57,883 nt of DNA, taken from the NCBI GenBank assembly GCA_002878065.1, contig PNIN01000051.1:1-57883 (forward strand), in the 5' to 3' direction. The stretch is from Calditerrivibrio nitroreducens (GTDB lineage Bacteria > Chrysiogenota > Deferribacteres > Deferribacterales > Calditerrivibrionaceae). Positions 38,090 to 48,457 of the stretch are shown in pieces (positions within the stretch are counted from its first letter, which is position 1; the number at the start of each line of letters is the position of its first letter). The notes beneath the pieces are model-generated. The model worked only from the letters and a program-made list of their open reading frames with translations. It searched no databases and had not been told where the DNA came from. The position numbers and the translations under genes were made by a program.

Positions 38090-39511
38090 CTATATATTTA
38101 TTTTAGTAAGCTCATCTTCAAAAATCTTTTTATATCTGTTCATAGCTTTTCTATTTTCTGCTTCAAAACGCATCACAAGAACCGGCTGAGTATTGCTCGC
38201 CCTGATGAGCCCCCAACCTTTGTCAAAATTTACACGGACCCCATCTATCGATATAATCGATTTTATCCCAAACTTGCCATTTTTTAAATAGTCATTAAAA
38301 TTTTCTGATAATTTATCCACGATTTTAAATTTTTTATCATCATCACATTCAAATCTTATTTCTGGGGTGTTGTATACTTTTGGAAGATCTTTTATCAAAT
38401 CAGAGCATTTTTCTAATTTTCTTTCTAATTTATTATCTACATAGGCTTCAAGAAATCTCACAGCAGCATAGATTGCATCATCAAAACCGAAAAATCGATC
38501 TTTAAAAAATATGTGTCCACTCATTTCTCCGGCAAGTTCGGCACCTGTCTCTTTTAATTTCTGTTTTATCAAAGAGTGACCTGTTTTCCACATTATCCCT
38601 TCTGCACCTATCTTATTAAGCATATCGAATAGTAATTTTGATGATTTTACATCAGCTATAATCTTAGGTTTTTCGTATCTTTTGTTTAATTCCATGGCGT
38701 AAATAAAAAGAAGGATATCCCCCCATATAATATTGCCAGACTCATCTAAAACTCCTATTCTATCGGCATCACCATCGAATGCAACTGCAAAATCTGCTTT
38801 ATGTATTTTTACAGCTCTCTTTGCATCCTCAAGGTTTTCCTCCACCGTCGGATCAGGGTGATGATTGGGGAATCTACCATCCGGATCACAGTATAGTTTT
38901 ACCACATCTACACCGAGTAGGTTAAAAATTTCAGGAGCCACAAGGGATGCGGCACCATTTCCAGCATCGATTACGACCTTTACACCTTTAATTGAATTGA
39001 TCTTTTCTTTTAATTCGCCAAAGTTTTCTTCGTAAAACTGTATATAATCTGAAATGATGTCGTAATCTTTTATATTTCCTTTTTTATCAGAAATTAGATA
39101 TTTTCCATTGATGATATCATTGTACAAATCTGTAATTCCTTCTGAGTGTACAGTATCTTTACCTATTCCAAATTTTAATCCATTATATTCTGGTGGGTTG
39201 TGGCTTCCTGTGATCATCATAAAGGCATCTGTGTGTAGTTTGAATGACGAAAAATATGTCACAGGTGTGGGGACAATGCCTAAATTTATCACATTGCAGC
39301 CGGCATCGGTAATTCCCGCTGTAAGTCCTTTGAAAAGATCATTTGAGGATAATCTTACATCCCTTCCCACAGATACGACCGGTACTTTGTTTAGTTCTTT
39401 TTTCAACTTTTGTCCAAATGTGTTACCGATAATTTTTAAAATATCTGCATTAAATTGATCAGGTACAATTCCTCTTATGTCGTATTGTCGGAATATCTTT
39501 TTTTCCATCAT
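38090..39511 (-). CDS. Phosphomannomutase/phosphoglucomutase
   Basis: FRQYDIRG, ITGSHNP, FDGDADR, GEMSGH, RASNTQP. Confidence 0.95.
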   Translation of the reverse strand: MMEKKIFRQYDIRGIVPDQFNADILKIIGNTFGQKLKKELNKVPVVSVGRDVRLSSNDLFKGLTAGITDAGCNVINLGIVPTPVTYFSSFKLHTDAFMMITGSHNPPEYNGLKFGIGKDTVHSEGITDLYNDIINGKYLISDKKGNIKDYDIISDYIQFYEENFGELKEKINSIKGVKVVIDAGNGAASLVAPEIFNLLGVDVVKLYCDPDGRFPNHHPDPTVEENLEDAKRAVKIHKADFAVAFDGDADRIGVLDESGNIIWGDILLFIYAMELNKRYEKPKIIADVKSSKLLFDMLNKIGAEGIMWKTGHSLIKQKLKETGAELAGEMSGHIFFKDRFFGFDDAIYAAVRFLEAYVDNKLERKLEKCSDLIKDLPKVYNTPEIRFECDDDKKFKIVDKLSENFNDYLKNGKFGIKSIISIDGVRVNFDKGWGLIRASNTQPVLVMRFEAENRKAMNRYKKIFEDELTKINI

Positions 39512-39519
39512 AAATTCTC

Positions 39520-40272
39520 CTATAAATCTTTGCTGTCAGTTATGTAATCATGAGGTAAATCACATATTTCAGGTAATTGGAAGGGTATTGGATACCTTAT
39601 ACCACTTTTGTGGGTAGCTTCTAGACCTTCCACCAGTTCATCAATATAATCAAAGGGGAAAGATACGATAATTTCATAATCTTGTGCCATAGCAAATCGT
39701 CTATCCCCCAGACAGGGTATTTCGATATTAGGTCTATTGGTATTATAAACCTCTGCCACTCCCCTCGAACATACGCCAGCATCTCCGGAGGTTTTGAATG
39801 TGAATTCTCCACCTTCTTTATAAAGGAATGCCTGTATAAATCTCATTGTCTGGGCGGAGTTTGTATAAAGTACTATAATATCCGGCTTTACCCCTTCTAA
39901 TGGTCTTGTTATCGGATAAGTTAAAACCTGAATCGTTCCATAGTCTATCCGGGGCATAGATGCCTGCATTTTTTTCGCAGCATTGAGATCTTTCTGATAT
40001 ATTGAGCAGTTTACCTCACCATTTAAAACCCTTTCTGGGGTTTTTATAAGACCGCTACAGGATGCTCCAAGGACGCAAAAACTATTTTCCTTTGTTGCAA
40101 GGGTAGACCATCCATAGTATCTGGCGTAGGCAATTTGCTGGCAGATCGTCATCTTTTTATTTGTAATTTTTATTTTTGGAAGTTCTATAGCTTCCTTTAT
40201 TATTTTCACCGCCACTGGGGAAGTTTGTGGTATTATGGTTCTGTTTAGGGTAGAAATAAGTTTTTCAAACAT
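39520..40272 (-). CDS. DUF169-family protein
   Basis: PVAVK, ICQ..ARYYG, FCVLG, PDIIVLY, AGVCS, PCLGDR. Confidence 0.8.
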   Translation of the reverse strand: MFEKLISTLNRTIIPQTSPVAVKIIKEAIELPKIKITNKKMTICQQIAYARYYGWSTLATKENSFCVLGASCSGLIKTPERVLNGEVNCSIYQKDLNAAKKMQASMPRIDYGTIQVLTYPITRPLEGVKPDIIVLYTNSAQTMRFIQAFLYKEGGEFTFKTSGDAGVCSRGVAEVYNTNRPNIEIPCLGDRRFAMAQDYEIIVSFPFDYIDELVEGLEATHKSGIRYPIPFQLPEICDLPHDYITDSKDL

Positions 40273-41026
40273 CTGTATCCTCCCGGTATTTATTTTGTAA
40301 TATTCTAAAGGCTGCCATGGCAGCACCAAAACCGTTGTTTATATTTACCACTGTCACACCATTGGCGCAGCTGGTAAGCATAGCAAATAGAGCCGTAAAA
40401 CCGTTTAATGCTGTTCCATAACCAATGGATGTGGGGACAGCAATGATCGGTTGAGGGAATAAGCCAGCCACGAGGGAAGGTAGTGCCCCCTCCATTCCAG
40501 CAACTACAATTAAAACGTCGTAAGAGTATAGTTGTTCTTTTATATTAAAAAAACGGTGGACGCCAGCTACACCCACATCTGCAAAAATTTTTGATTTTAT
40601 TCCGCAACTATCAAGGGTAAACATGGCTTCTTTTGCTATAGGGATATCGGATGAACCTGCTGTGACGATTGCCACTTCCCCTTTTTGTGTTGATGGTGGT
40701 GTGAAAAAATATCTGACCATGCCGGCTTCTGGTATAGCTTCCACTTCTGGAAATCTTTTTAAAATTGTGTCTATTTTTTCATCGCTAAGTTTAGTACAAA
40801 TAAATGGCGATCCATTTTTTTTCAGTGAACTTATTATCTCTATAAGCTGGTTTATAGTTTTAGATTCGCCGAATATAAATTCATGAAATCCCAACCTTAA
40901 TTTACGATTCGTATCAAATTTAAATTCATCAGAAAAAATGCCTGTTAGATGGGTAATAAACTGATCTTTTGAAATGTCACTTTTTAACAATTTATCGATT
41001 AACGAATTTAAATAATCTCTATCCAA
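40265..41026 (-). CDS. larB: LarB-like (PurE-fold) nickel-pincer cofactor biosynthesis protein
   Basis: TAGSSDIP, DVGVAG, VAGMEGALPS, VPTSIGYG, VNINNGFGAA; start tentatively at TTG 41026. Confidence 0.88.
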   Translation of the reverse strand: MDRDYLNSLIDKLLKSDISKDQFITHLTGIFSDEFKFDTNRKLRLGFHEFIFGESKTINQLIEIISSLKKNGSPFICTKLSDEKIDTILKRFPEVEAIPEAGMVRYFFTPPSTQKGEVAIVTAGSSDIPIAKEAMFTLDSCGIKSKIFADVGVAGVHRFFNIKEQLYSYDVLIVVAGMEGALPSLVAGLFPQPIIAVPTSIGYGTALNGFTALFAMLTSCANGVTVVNINNGFGAAMAAFRILQNKYREDTDV

Positions 41027-41612
41027 GTTTATACCCTTTACATAAAATATATATCTCGAATGAATTTTTTCGAGTGGCATCAGGTCTTATAATCTTTATA
41101 TCTTCAAATAATTCTTTCAGGTCTTTCACAAGTAACTCCCTCTCTTCACCATCAAAAAGCTTAAACAGAAGTATACCATTTTTTTTAAGAGTTTTTCTGG
41201 TAAAATTGATAACTATCTTTATAAGATTAATACTATTTTGGTGATCAACAAATTTTTGACCTGTTGTGTTGGGTGCGATGTCTGAAATTACTACATCAAA
41301 CGAACTGGCATGTTTTGATATCTCTAATAGAGTATTTTCATCTCTTAGATCCCCTTTTATAAAGTGAAATCGCTTATCATTTATAGGAGTTAGATCCAAT
41401 ATATCAACAGCCACCAGTATACCTTTTTCCCCCAGCAATTGAAGCGCCACCTGACTCCAGCCGCCTGGGGCGGCTCCCACATCAAGCACAGCATCATTTT
41501 TTTTAAATAGTTTATATTTCTGGTTTAATTCCAGAAGCTTATAGGATGCCCTTGATCTATACCCTTCCTGTTTTGCTTTTTTGTAAAATGAATCTTTTCT
41601 ATTGTACATCAA
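41019..41612 (-). CDS. rlmE: 23S rRNA Um2552 methyltransferase
   Basis: YRSRASYKL, DVGAAPGGWSQ, SDIAPN, KLFDG. Confidence 0.95.
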   Translation of the reverse strand: MMYNRKDSFYKKAKQEGYRSRASYKLLELNQKYKLFKKNDAVLDVGAAPGGWSQVALQLLGEKGILVAVDILDLTPINDKRFHFIKGDLRDENTLLEISKHASSFDVVISDIAPNTTGQKFVDHQNSINLIKIVINFTRKTLKKNGILLFKLFDGEERELLVKDLKELFEDIKIIRPDATRKNSFEIYILCKGYKLG

Positions 41613-43126
41613 GCTTTCTCTAATGGTATTACTTCGTAATGCTCCATATGGTATCTTGAGTTGGGCTTTATTTCTATGGATAATTGGAACATCACTTCGA
41701 TTTCATCTATATTTTCTCTTTCATTATTTAAAATTATATCCGCCACATCCGGATGTGCTTCAACGAAAATCTTTTTATTGGAGAAATAAGGAGCTAATCT
41801 TCTGATCTCCCTTAGAATATCATAACAAATTGTCAATTTTGATTTTACGACGCCTCTGCCATCACAGTAGGGGCAAGGTTCGGTAAGCATTTTGTTCAGG
41901 CTATCCTGAACTCTTTTGCGTGTTATTTCAAATAGACCAAGAGGTGATATATTAACCACCGATGCTTTAGCACGGTCTTTTTTCATTTCCTGCAGAAGAG
42001 TTTGAAGAACTTTCTCCTTATGTTCCTCTTTTTCCATATCTATGAAATCCACGATGATAATACCACCTAAATTCCTCAGTCTCATCTGCCAGGCTATCTC
42101 TTTTGCAGCTTCGATATTGGTTTTTAATATCGTTTCATCAAAGTTTCTCTTTCCCACAAATTTTCCTGTGTTTACATCAATTACCGTCAGTGCTTCGGTT
42201 TGGTCAATTACTATATAACCCCCGGATTTCAGCCAGACACGCCTTTCAAGGAGTCTGCTTATTTCTATCTCTATGTTGTAATAATCAAAAATAGGCATGT
42301 CATTTTCGTAGAGTTCTATTGTTATATGATTGTTGGATAAATACTCTTTTACGAATGACTTAATGCGTAGATAATCCGATTTGGTGTCTACAATGATTTT
42401 TCTCACTTCGTCATTTGCAAGATCCCTAACCGTTCTGAAAAGAAGATCCAGCTCTTCATATATCAGCTTTGGAGCACCAGGTTCTTTTGATTTTGTGGAT
42501 ACCTTTTCCCAGGTTTTCAAAAGGTAATTCAAGTCGGCTTTGAGATCTTCCTCACTGGAATTTTCGCAAACAGTTCTTGCTATAAGCCCAACATTTGCAG
42601 GCTTTATATTTAAAAGTATATTTTTCAGCCTTTCCCTTTCTTTATCGTCTTCGATTTTTCTCGAAATTCCCACGTGGTTATAGGAAGGCATCAGCACTAA
42701 ATATCTACCCGGTATGGTAATGTGGGTGGTGAGTCTTGCACCCTTCTGTCCTATGGGCTCTTTTGCAACCTGTACGATGATCTCCTGTCCCTCCTGTATC
42801 AAATCCTCTATCGGGACATAGATCTTATTGCCATTTTCAAGATCTAAATCTTCCACTTCAGCAATTCTATCTTCCAGAAGAGAAAAGTTTTCGGAATCAT
42901 CGATATATAGATCGCCGGCGTGTAAGAATGCTGCCCTTTCATGCCCTATATCTATAAAAGCAGACTGCATTCCGGGTAAAACTTTTACCACTTTACCCTT
43001 GTATATATTCCCTGCGATCCCTTTATTTTTTGCCCTTTCTAAGAATATTTCCGAAAGGCTGTTGTTTTCTAAAACTGCGACTCTTGTTTCATTTGGAGTG
43101 GAATTTATTATTATCTCTCTTGCCAC
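41609..43126 (-). CDS. rng: Ribonuclease G (RNase E/G family)
   Basis: GNIYKG..LPGMQSAF, KGARLT, IDVNTG, GGIIIVDFIDM, CPYC. Confidence 0.95.
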   Translation of the reverse strand: MAREIIINSTPNETRVAVLENNSLSEIFLERAKNKGIAGNIYKGKVVKVLPGMQSAFIDIGHERAAFLHAGDLYIDDSENFSLLEDRIAEVEDLDLENGNKIYVPIEDLIQEGQEIIVQVAKEPIGQKGARLTTHITIPGRYLVLMPSYNHVGISRKIEDDKERERLKNILLNIKPANVGLIARTVCENSSEEDLKADLNYLLKTWEKVSTKSKEPGAPKLIYEELDLLFRTVRDLANDEVRKIIVDTKSDYLRIKSFVKEYLSNNHITIELYENDMPIFDYYNIEIEISRLLERRVWLKSGGYIVIDQTEALTVIDVNTGKFVGKRNFDETILKTNIEAAKEIAWQMRLRNLGGIIIVDFIDMEKEEHKEKVLQTLLQEMKKDRAKASVVNISPLGLFEITRKRVQDSLNKMLTEPCPYCDGRGVVKSKLTICYDILREIRRLAPYFSNKKIFVEAHPDVADIILNNERENIDEIEVMFQLSIEIKPNSRYHMEHYEVIPLEKA

Positions 43127-43135
43127 TATCTCTCC

Positions 43136-43714
43136 TTATTTCATTTTCATCATAACTGCCTTGGAGATCGATTTTAATGTTTCAAATACTCCAATACCTT
43201 TTATTGCGACAGCTTCAAACGACTCCACTTTCCGTTTGTTTAACATCTCTTCCATAACCTCTACAGATTCAATATCCGGTAAATCCCTTTTATTCCACTG
43301 CATTACAAGGGGAATGGTATTGTAATCAAACCCGTTTTCTCTCAGGTTGTCTATAAGATTTTCAAGGCTGTCAAGATTTGCATCCATTCTATCTTTCTGT
43401 GAATCAGCCACAAATACTACACCATCTGCTCCTTTTAGGATCAATTTTCTACTTGCATCGTAAAAGATCTGGCCAGGTACTGTATATAGATGAAGTCTTA
43501 CTTTAAAACCTTTTATTTCCCCCAATTTAAGGGGCATAAAGTCAAAAAATAGCGTTCTTTCTGTTTCTGTAGAAAGGGAGATCATTTTTCCCTTTTGAGT
43601 GGGATCAGTTTGATCATAGATATATTGAAGATTTGTTGTTTTTCCACAAAGCCCTGGACCATAATACACAATTTTAAAATTGATTTCTTTGGTGGCATAG
43701 TTTATAAAAGACAT
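43136..43714 (-). CDS. mglA: MglA small Ras-like GTPase
   Basis: KIVYYGPGLCGKTTN, RTLFFDF, TVPGQ, NKRDL. Confidence 0.95.
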   Translation of the reverse strand: MSFINYATKEINFKIVYYGPGLCGKTTNLQYIYDQTDPTQKGKMISLSTETERTLFFDFMPLKLGEIKGFKVRLHLYTVPGQIFYDASRKLILKGADGVVFVADSQKDRMDANLDSLENLIDNLRENGFDYNTIPLVMQWNKRDLPDIESVEVMEEMLNKRKVESFEAVAIKGIGVFETLKSISKAVMMKMK

Positions 43715-43716
43715 AT

Positions 43717-44199
43717 TTACGACCCCTTACGAAACATTTTTTCGATATCTTCATCGGTAATGTCACTGAAGATATCCTGATGGATTGAATTATTGGGGCT
43801 TGATTCATTTAGAATATCTGCAATAATTTTTACATACTTTTTCATTTTTAGCCTCACAAGCCCTAAAGATGTGCTATCATCAAACAATACCACCAATATA
43901 AGTTTTCCATCCACAAGAGTAATATTGAGATGTTCGTTTTCCCCTTCATGAAAAAGAACCGAAAATTCTTTTTCCCCAAGAAGCTTAGCTATACCATCAG
44001 TAGCTGCAACATTACCAGCCACTAAAGCAGCTAGAGATGTGGCATCAAATTCATTAGAATCCCCTGAGCTTGCCACCATCTGACCACTTTTATCAATCAA
44101 AAATGTTGCCTTTGAATTAGCCTCCAGCTTAAGCTGTTCGATCTTATTCTGGAGTCTTTTTATTATTTCACCATCGTTTGACCATAAAAAATCTTGCAT
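43717..44199 (-). CDS. mglB: MglB roadblock-domain GAP
   Basis: SLAALVAGNVAAT..LGEKEF..LFHEGE, SLGLVRL; directly upstream of mglA. Confidence 0.92.
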   Translation of the reverse strand: MQDFLWSNDGEIIKRLQNKIEQLKLEANSKATFLIDKSGQMVASSGDSNEFDATSLAALVAGNVAATDGIAKLLGEKEFSVLFHEGENEHLNITLVDGKLILVVLFDDSTSLGLVRLKMKKYVKIIADILNESSPNNSIHQDIFSDITDEDIEKMFRKGS

Positions 44200-44233
44200 A
44201 AATGACACCCCATAAGGGAACTTATAACATATT

Positions 44234-44836
44234 TTACAACATCTCTCTTCTATTCTCAAGTGATTTTAATATAGTAATTTCGTCAGTATATTCAAGATAA
44301 CCACCAATCGGAACACCGGTGGCTATCCTAGTGATTTTAATATTAAAATTTTTACTTATCAACTTTTTTAAGAATATTGCCGTAGTATCCCCCTCTACGT
44401 CAGGGTTTGTGGCCAGAATAACCTCTTTTACATTATCTTCTCTTATTCTTTCAAGAAGCTCTTTTATCCTCAAATCATCAGGGTTTATACCATCAAGGGG
44501 GGCAAGTCTACCTCCTAATACATGATATACACCGTTGTACTTACCGGATACTTCGATTAAAAAAACATCTTTTGCCTCTTCCACAACACAAATGATCTGC
44601 TTATCACGGTTGTTATCGGTGCAAATCGGGCATACTTCCCCCTCCGCCATTGCACCACATCTGATACAGAATCTTGTATTTTTTTTAAGATCTATGATGG
44701 CGTTTGCGATATCCTCAACATCTTTTTGATTCATCTTTAAAAGTTGCATGGATAGGCGTAAAGCTGTCTTTTTCCCTATGCCAGGTAATTTTGATAGCTC
44801 TTTTATACATCTGTCAAAAGATTTGGAATAGATCAT
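44234..44836 (-). CDS. recR: Recombination mediator RecR
   Basis: LPGIGKKTA, C4 finger, ICVVE, YHVLGG, ILATNPDVEG. Confidence 0.97.
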   Translation of the reverse strand: MIYSKSFDRCIKELSKLPGIGKKTALRLSMQLLKMNQKDVEDIANAIIDLKKNTRFCIRCGAMAEGEVCPICTDNNRDKQIICVVEEAKDVFLIEVSGKYNGVYHVLGGRLAPLDGINPDDLRIKELLERIREDNVKEVILATNPDVEGDTTAIFLKKLISKNFNIKITRIATGVPIGGYLEYTDEITILKSLENRREML

Positions 44837-44839
44837 TAA

Positions 44840-45154
44840 TTAAAACATGCCCGGAAAATTAATTCCTAAACCACCTGTAAGTTTTGACATCCTTTCGCTT
44901 AATAGATTTTGTGCCTTTTTTATACCTTCATTTACAGCAGCAACAATTAAATCCTGAAGCATCTCAACATCCTCAGGGTTTACCACATCTTTATCGATAG
45001 TTATCCCTATTAATTCTGCTTTTCCGTTGAATACTGCCTTAACCATTCCACCACCAGCTGTAGCCTCAACTGTTTCTTTTGCCACTTCCGACTGAACTTC
45101 TTCCATCTTTTTTTGCATTATTTTTGCCTGTTTCATTATAGCCTGGATATTCAT
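44840..45154 (-). CDS. ybaB: YbaB/EbfC nucleoid-associated protein
   Basis: AGGGMVK, EMLQDLIVAAVN; dnaX-ybaB-recR synteny. Confidence 0.95.
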   Translation of the reverse strand: MNIQAIMKQAKIMQKKMEEVQSEVAKETVEATAGGGMVKAVFNGKAELIGITIDKDVVNPEDVEMLQDLIVAAVNEGIKKAQNLLSERMSKLTGGLGINFPGMF

Positions 45155-45162
45155 CTTTCCTC

Positions 45163-46755
45163 CTATTTATTTTTATTATCAATTTGTTCTATTTTCTCAA
45201 TCTCTGCATCAAAAACCTGTATAAATTTTTTAATCACTGGATTGTTTTCCACCTCTTTCTTCAGGAGTTCATCTTGAAAAGATCTGATCTCAGATTCAGT
45301 TTTTATCAGACTTTTTTTTTCTATATTATTTTCTAATACAATTGAGATGTCTTTATCATTACCAAAATAGCTTTTAAAATTTTTTTCTAAAATCTGCTTC
45401 TTTTCAGGCTTTGTCAGCATGTTGTAGTAAAATTTGTCTTTTTCAGAAAATGACAGAATGTATTTGTTATTCATCTCTGATATTGATCCATAACCGCATT
45501 GGGCTGCAATTGCGGGGTTTATTGTTTCAAGATGTTTTATAAAACCTTTCCATGTTTTCTGAATGTCGGAAAGGGCTGGGGGGTGAGCTGCTGACGGTTT
45601 GTTTACATTATATTCAGATTTATCAGGTTCTCTAACTGTAATCGTTGGTATCTGATCTGTAGGGATTAATTTATCAATATTTGCAGCTTTGAATACTCCA
45701 AATTCGAAGATATATTTTTCCATCTGTAGATAACGCATTTCTGATAGTGTTTTCTGGAAGATCTGAAATATCCCAAATAACTTATTAAGATTAAGCTTTG
45801 GTTTTAGTCCTTCGTAAAAATCTATTTCATCTCTGGTTAAAGTTTTATCTGAAAATCCGCCTGTTAGACCATGTAGTAGATTACGTGTGTGGGTTATGAA
45901 AGTTTCCAATGCAAATTGATAATCAATCCCTTTTCTGGAAAATTCGTCGATAAGGTCAAAAAGATTATTTGTGTCGCCATTTACAATTCCTTCGAAGATG
46001 TCATCGGCTAACTTTTGCTCTGAAAGGTCAAGGATTTCGCTGGTATTTTCATAGGTTATATTGCCACCTGTAAATGCCACCAGCTGATCAATTAGAGATA
46101 GTGCATCCCTCATACACCCATCTGAGTTTCTTATTATCAAATTTAGGGAGTCATTGTCACAGCTTATCCCTTCTTTTTCCATTATAGACAAAAGGTAATC
46201 CCTCATGTAGTTGTTTGGAATTTTTTTAAAATCGTACTTTTGACATCTGGATAGGATGGTCATAGGGATTTTGTGGGCGTCTGTTGTGGCAAGGATGAAT
46301 ATTACGTAATCAGGAGGCTCTTCTAATGTTTTTAAAAGAGCATTAAACGCCTCTTCGGTGAGCATATGAACTTCATCTATAATATATACTTTGTATTTGT
46401 TGTTTATGGGGAGTATTCGGACATTTTCCCTTATATTTCTCGCTTCTTCCACTTTTCTGTTGGATGCACCGTCTATTTCAATAACATCCACTGATGTTCC
46501 ATTATTAATCTCAATGCAATTGCTACATTGATTACAGGGGTTTACACCAATAGGGTTAAGACAGTTTACAGCTTTGGCAAAAACTCTCGCCGCCGTAGTT
46601 TTTCCGATACCTCTTGGACCTGTAAAGAGGTATGCATGGGAGATCCTACCAAGTTCAATGGCATTTTTTAACGTCTTAACTACAAATTCCTGACCTACAA
46701 TTTCGTCAAAATTTTGTGGTCTGTATTTTCTTGCCAGTGCTTTATATCTCTGCAT
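45163..46755 (-). CDS. dnaX: DNA polymerase III tau/gamma
   Basis: LARKYRP, GPRGIGKT, IDEVHML, LLKTLEEPP, SRC. Confidence 0.97.
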   Translation of the reverse strand: MQRYKALARKYRPQNFDEIVGQEFVVKTLKNAIELGRISHAYLFTGPRGIGKTTAARVFAKAVNCLNPIGVNPCNQCSNCIEINNGTSVDVIEIDGASNRKVEEARNIRENVRILPINNKYKVYIIDEVHMLTEEAFNALLKTLEEPPDYVIFILATTDAHKIPMTILSRCQKYDFKKIPNNYMRDYLLSIMEKEGISCDNDSLNLIIRNSDGCMRDALSLIDQLVAFTGGNITYENTSEILDLSEQKLADDIFEGIVNGDTNNLFDLIDEFSRKGIDYQFALETFITHTRNLLHGLTGGFSDKTLTRDEIDFYEGLKPKLNLNKLFGIFQIFQKTLSEMRYLQMEKYIFEFGVFKAANIDKLIPTDQIPTITVREPDKSEYNVNKPSAAHPPALSDIQKTWKGFIKHLETINPAIAAQCGYGSISEMNNKYILSFSEKDKFYYNMLTKPEKKQILEKNFKSYFGNDKDISIVLENNIEKKSLIKTESEIRSFQDELLKKEVENNPVIKKFIQVFDAEIEKIEQIDNKNK

Positions 46756-46816
46756 GGGCTAAAGAATAATATGTTTTCTGATATAATTCAAGTGAAAAGT
46801 TGATAAGCTCATTTGC

Positions 46817-47491
46817 TTAAATGGTTACTTTTTTGTTATTTGAAATAACACTAAAAAACGGATCTTCTATTTCTTTGAAGAATTTGAAAATTGGGATTCC
46901 TCTATGGAACTGTTTTATTGTATCTAATGTATTGTCTGTTATTGTTTGGTCTAAGTTGTAAAAAAGATTGTAAAGGATAGCTATTATTTTTATATTTCTA
47001 CTTGTCAGGGCCTCAATGGATAAAAGGGTGTGATTGATGCTACCTAATTTTGGCGTTGATACTAATATCGTGTCAGCATTTATCTTTTTTATTAAGTCTA
47101 TCATCAAAAAACTGTCATTTATTGGTACCATCAGTCCACCCGCACCTTCAATAAGTATATAATCAAAGTTGTTTTGTAATAGTTCAATGTTTTTTACAAT
47201 AACGTTTATATCGATCTTTTTGTTTTCAAGCTTTGCCGATAGGTGTGGGGATGCCGGGTATTTGAAGATGTATGGGGATGTTATTTTATCTAGATCATAT
47301 GGTGTTAATTCTGATCCAGATAATTTTCTATGTTCAATAATATCTTCTGAAAAATTATCGCAGCCCGTCTGGATAGGTTTCATTGTGATTGTTTTAAATC
47401 CCATATTAATAAGGCCTTTTGCTATTAAACCTGTTGCATAAGTTTTACCCACTCCAGTGTCTATGCCAGTTATAAAAATTAGCTTTGACAT
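46817..47491 (-). CDS. bioD: Dethiobiotin synthase
   Basis: ITGIDTGVGKT, KPIQTG, SPHL, EGAGG, LGSINH. Confidence 0.95.
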   Translation of the reverse strand: MSKLIFITGIDTGVGKTYATGLIAKGLINMGFKTITMKPIQTGCDNFSEDIIEHRKLSGSELTPYDLDKITSPYIFKYPASPHLSAKLENKKIDINVIVKNIELLQNNFDYILIEGAGGLMVPINDSFLMIDLIKKINADTILVSTPKLGSINHTLLSIEALTSRNIKIIAILYNLFYNLDQTITDNTLDTIKQFHRGIPIFKFFKEIEDPFFSVISNNKKVTI

Positions 47492-48408
47492 AATGGGAAA
47501 TGGCACCTAACATTATTTTGAAAATCTGGTTTTTTTATTTGGCAAAGTTCCTTTACATAGGGGCATCTTGTGTGAAAAATACATGAATTATCAAAACAAT
47601 CTGTGTTTTTAGGTATATACCCTTCAACTACTTTTAGAAAATCGACATCTTCCTTGATATTGGGGACAGATTTTTTAAGTAGATAGGTATATGGATGTTT
47701 TATTATATTTTTATAAAGGTCATCTCCGGACAGATCTTCTAAAATTTCACCTGCATATAGTATCACAATTCTATCTGCGATTGATTGTAATAACTTCAGG
47801 TCATGGGAGATGAATATAATTGATAGTTTCTGATCTCTGTTGAGCTTCAGCAATAGTTTTATTATCTCATTTTGTATTGTTACGTCAAGGGCTGTGGTGG
47901 GCTCATCTGCTATTAATAGTTTTGGATTGGAGGCAAGTGCCATGGCTATCATGACCCTCTGGTTCATACCGCCACTTAGATTGTGGGGGTAGCTATTAAG
48001 CCTATGCTCGGGGTTATCAATTTCCACAGCTTTCAAAAGTTCCACCGCTTTACTTTTATAGTCAATACCCCTGTTGTAAAGCTTAATTGTTTCAATCAGT
48101 TGATCACCAATTGTTAAAACAGGGTTTAAAGAAGTGGTGGGGTTCTGAAATATCATCGATACCATTCTACCCCGCAATTTCTCCTTAGATTTAACGCTAC
48201 TATAATCCACACTTTCAAATAGCATTTTTTCAGAAATTATCTCAAAGGGGTATCCCAATAATCCTAAAATATATTTAGCCAATACGGTTTTTCCGGATCC
48301 AGATTCGCCAGCTATACCTAAAATCTCACCAGGTTTTATTTCCATCGATAGATCTCTGAGTATGAAATTTTTTTCAATCTTTATTGTAAGGTTTTTAATC
48401 TGTAACAT
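47479..48408 (-). CDS. Oligopeptide/dipeptide ABC ATP-binding protein (OppD/DppD)
   Basis: [36 protein letters not shown]. Confidence 0.92.
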   Translation of the reverse strand: MLQIKNLTIKIEKNFILRDLSMEIKPGEILGIAGESGSGKTVLAKYILGLLGYPFEIISEKMLFESVDYSSVKSKEKLRGRMVSMIFQNPTTSLNPVLTIGDQLIETIKLYNRGIDYKSKAVELLKAVEIDNPEHRLNSYPHNLSGGMNQRVMIAMALASNPKLLIADEPTTALDVTIQNEIIKLLLKLNRDQKLSIIFISHDLKLLQSIADRIVILYAGEILEDLSGDDLYKNIIKHPYTYLLKKSVPNIKEDVDFLKVVEGYIPKNTDCFDNSCIFHTRCPYVKELCQIKKPDFQNNVRCHFPLCQS

Positions 48409-48457
48409 GAAAAAAATATATTTGAAAAATTTTTTTTTGTCTATATTATATTTCTAT

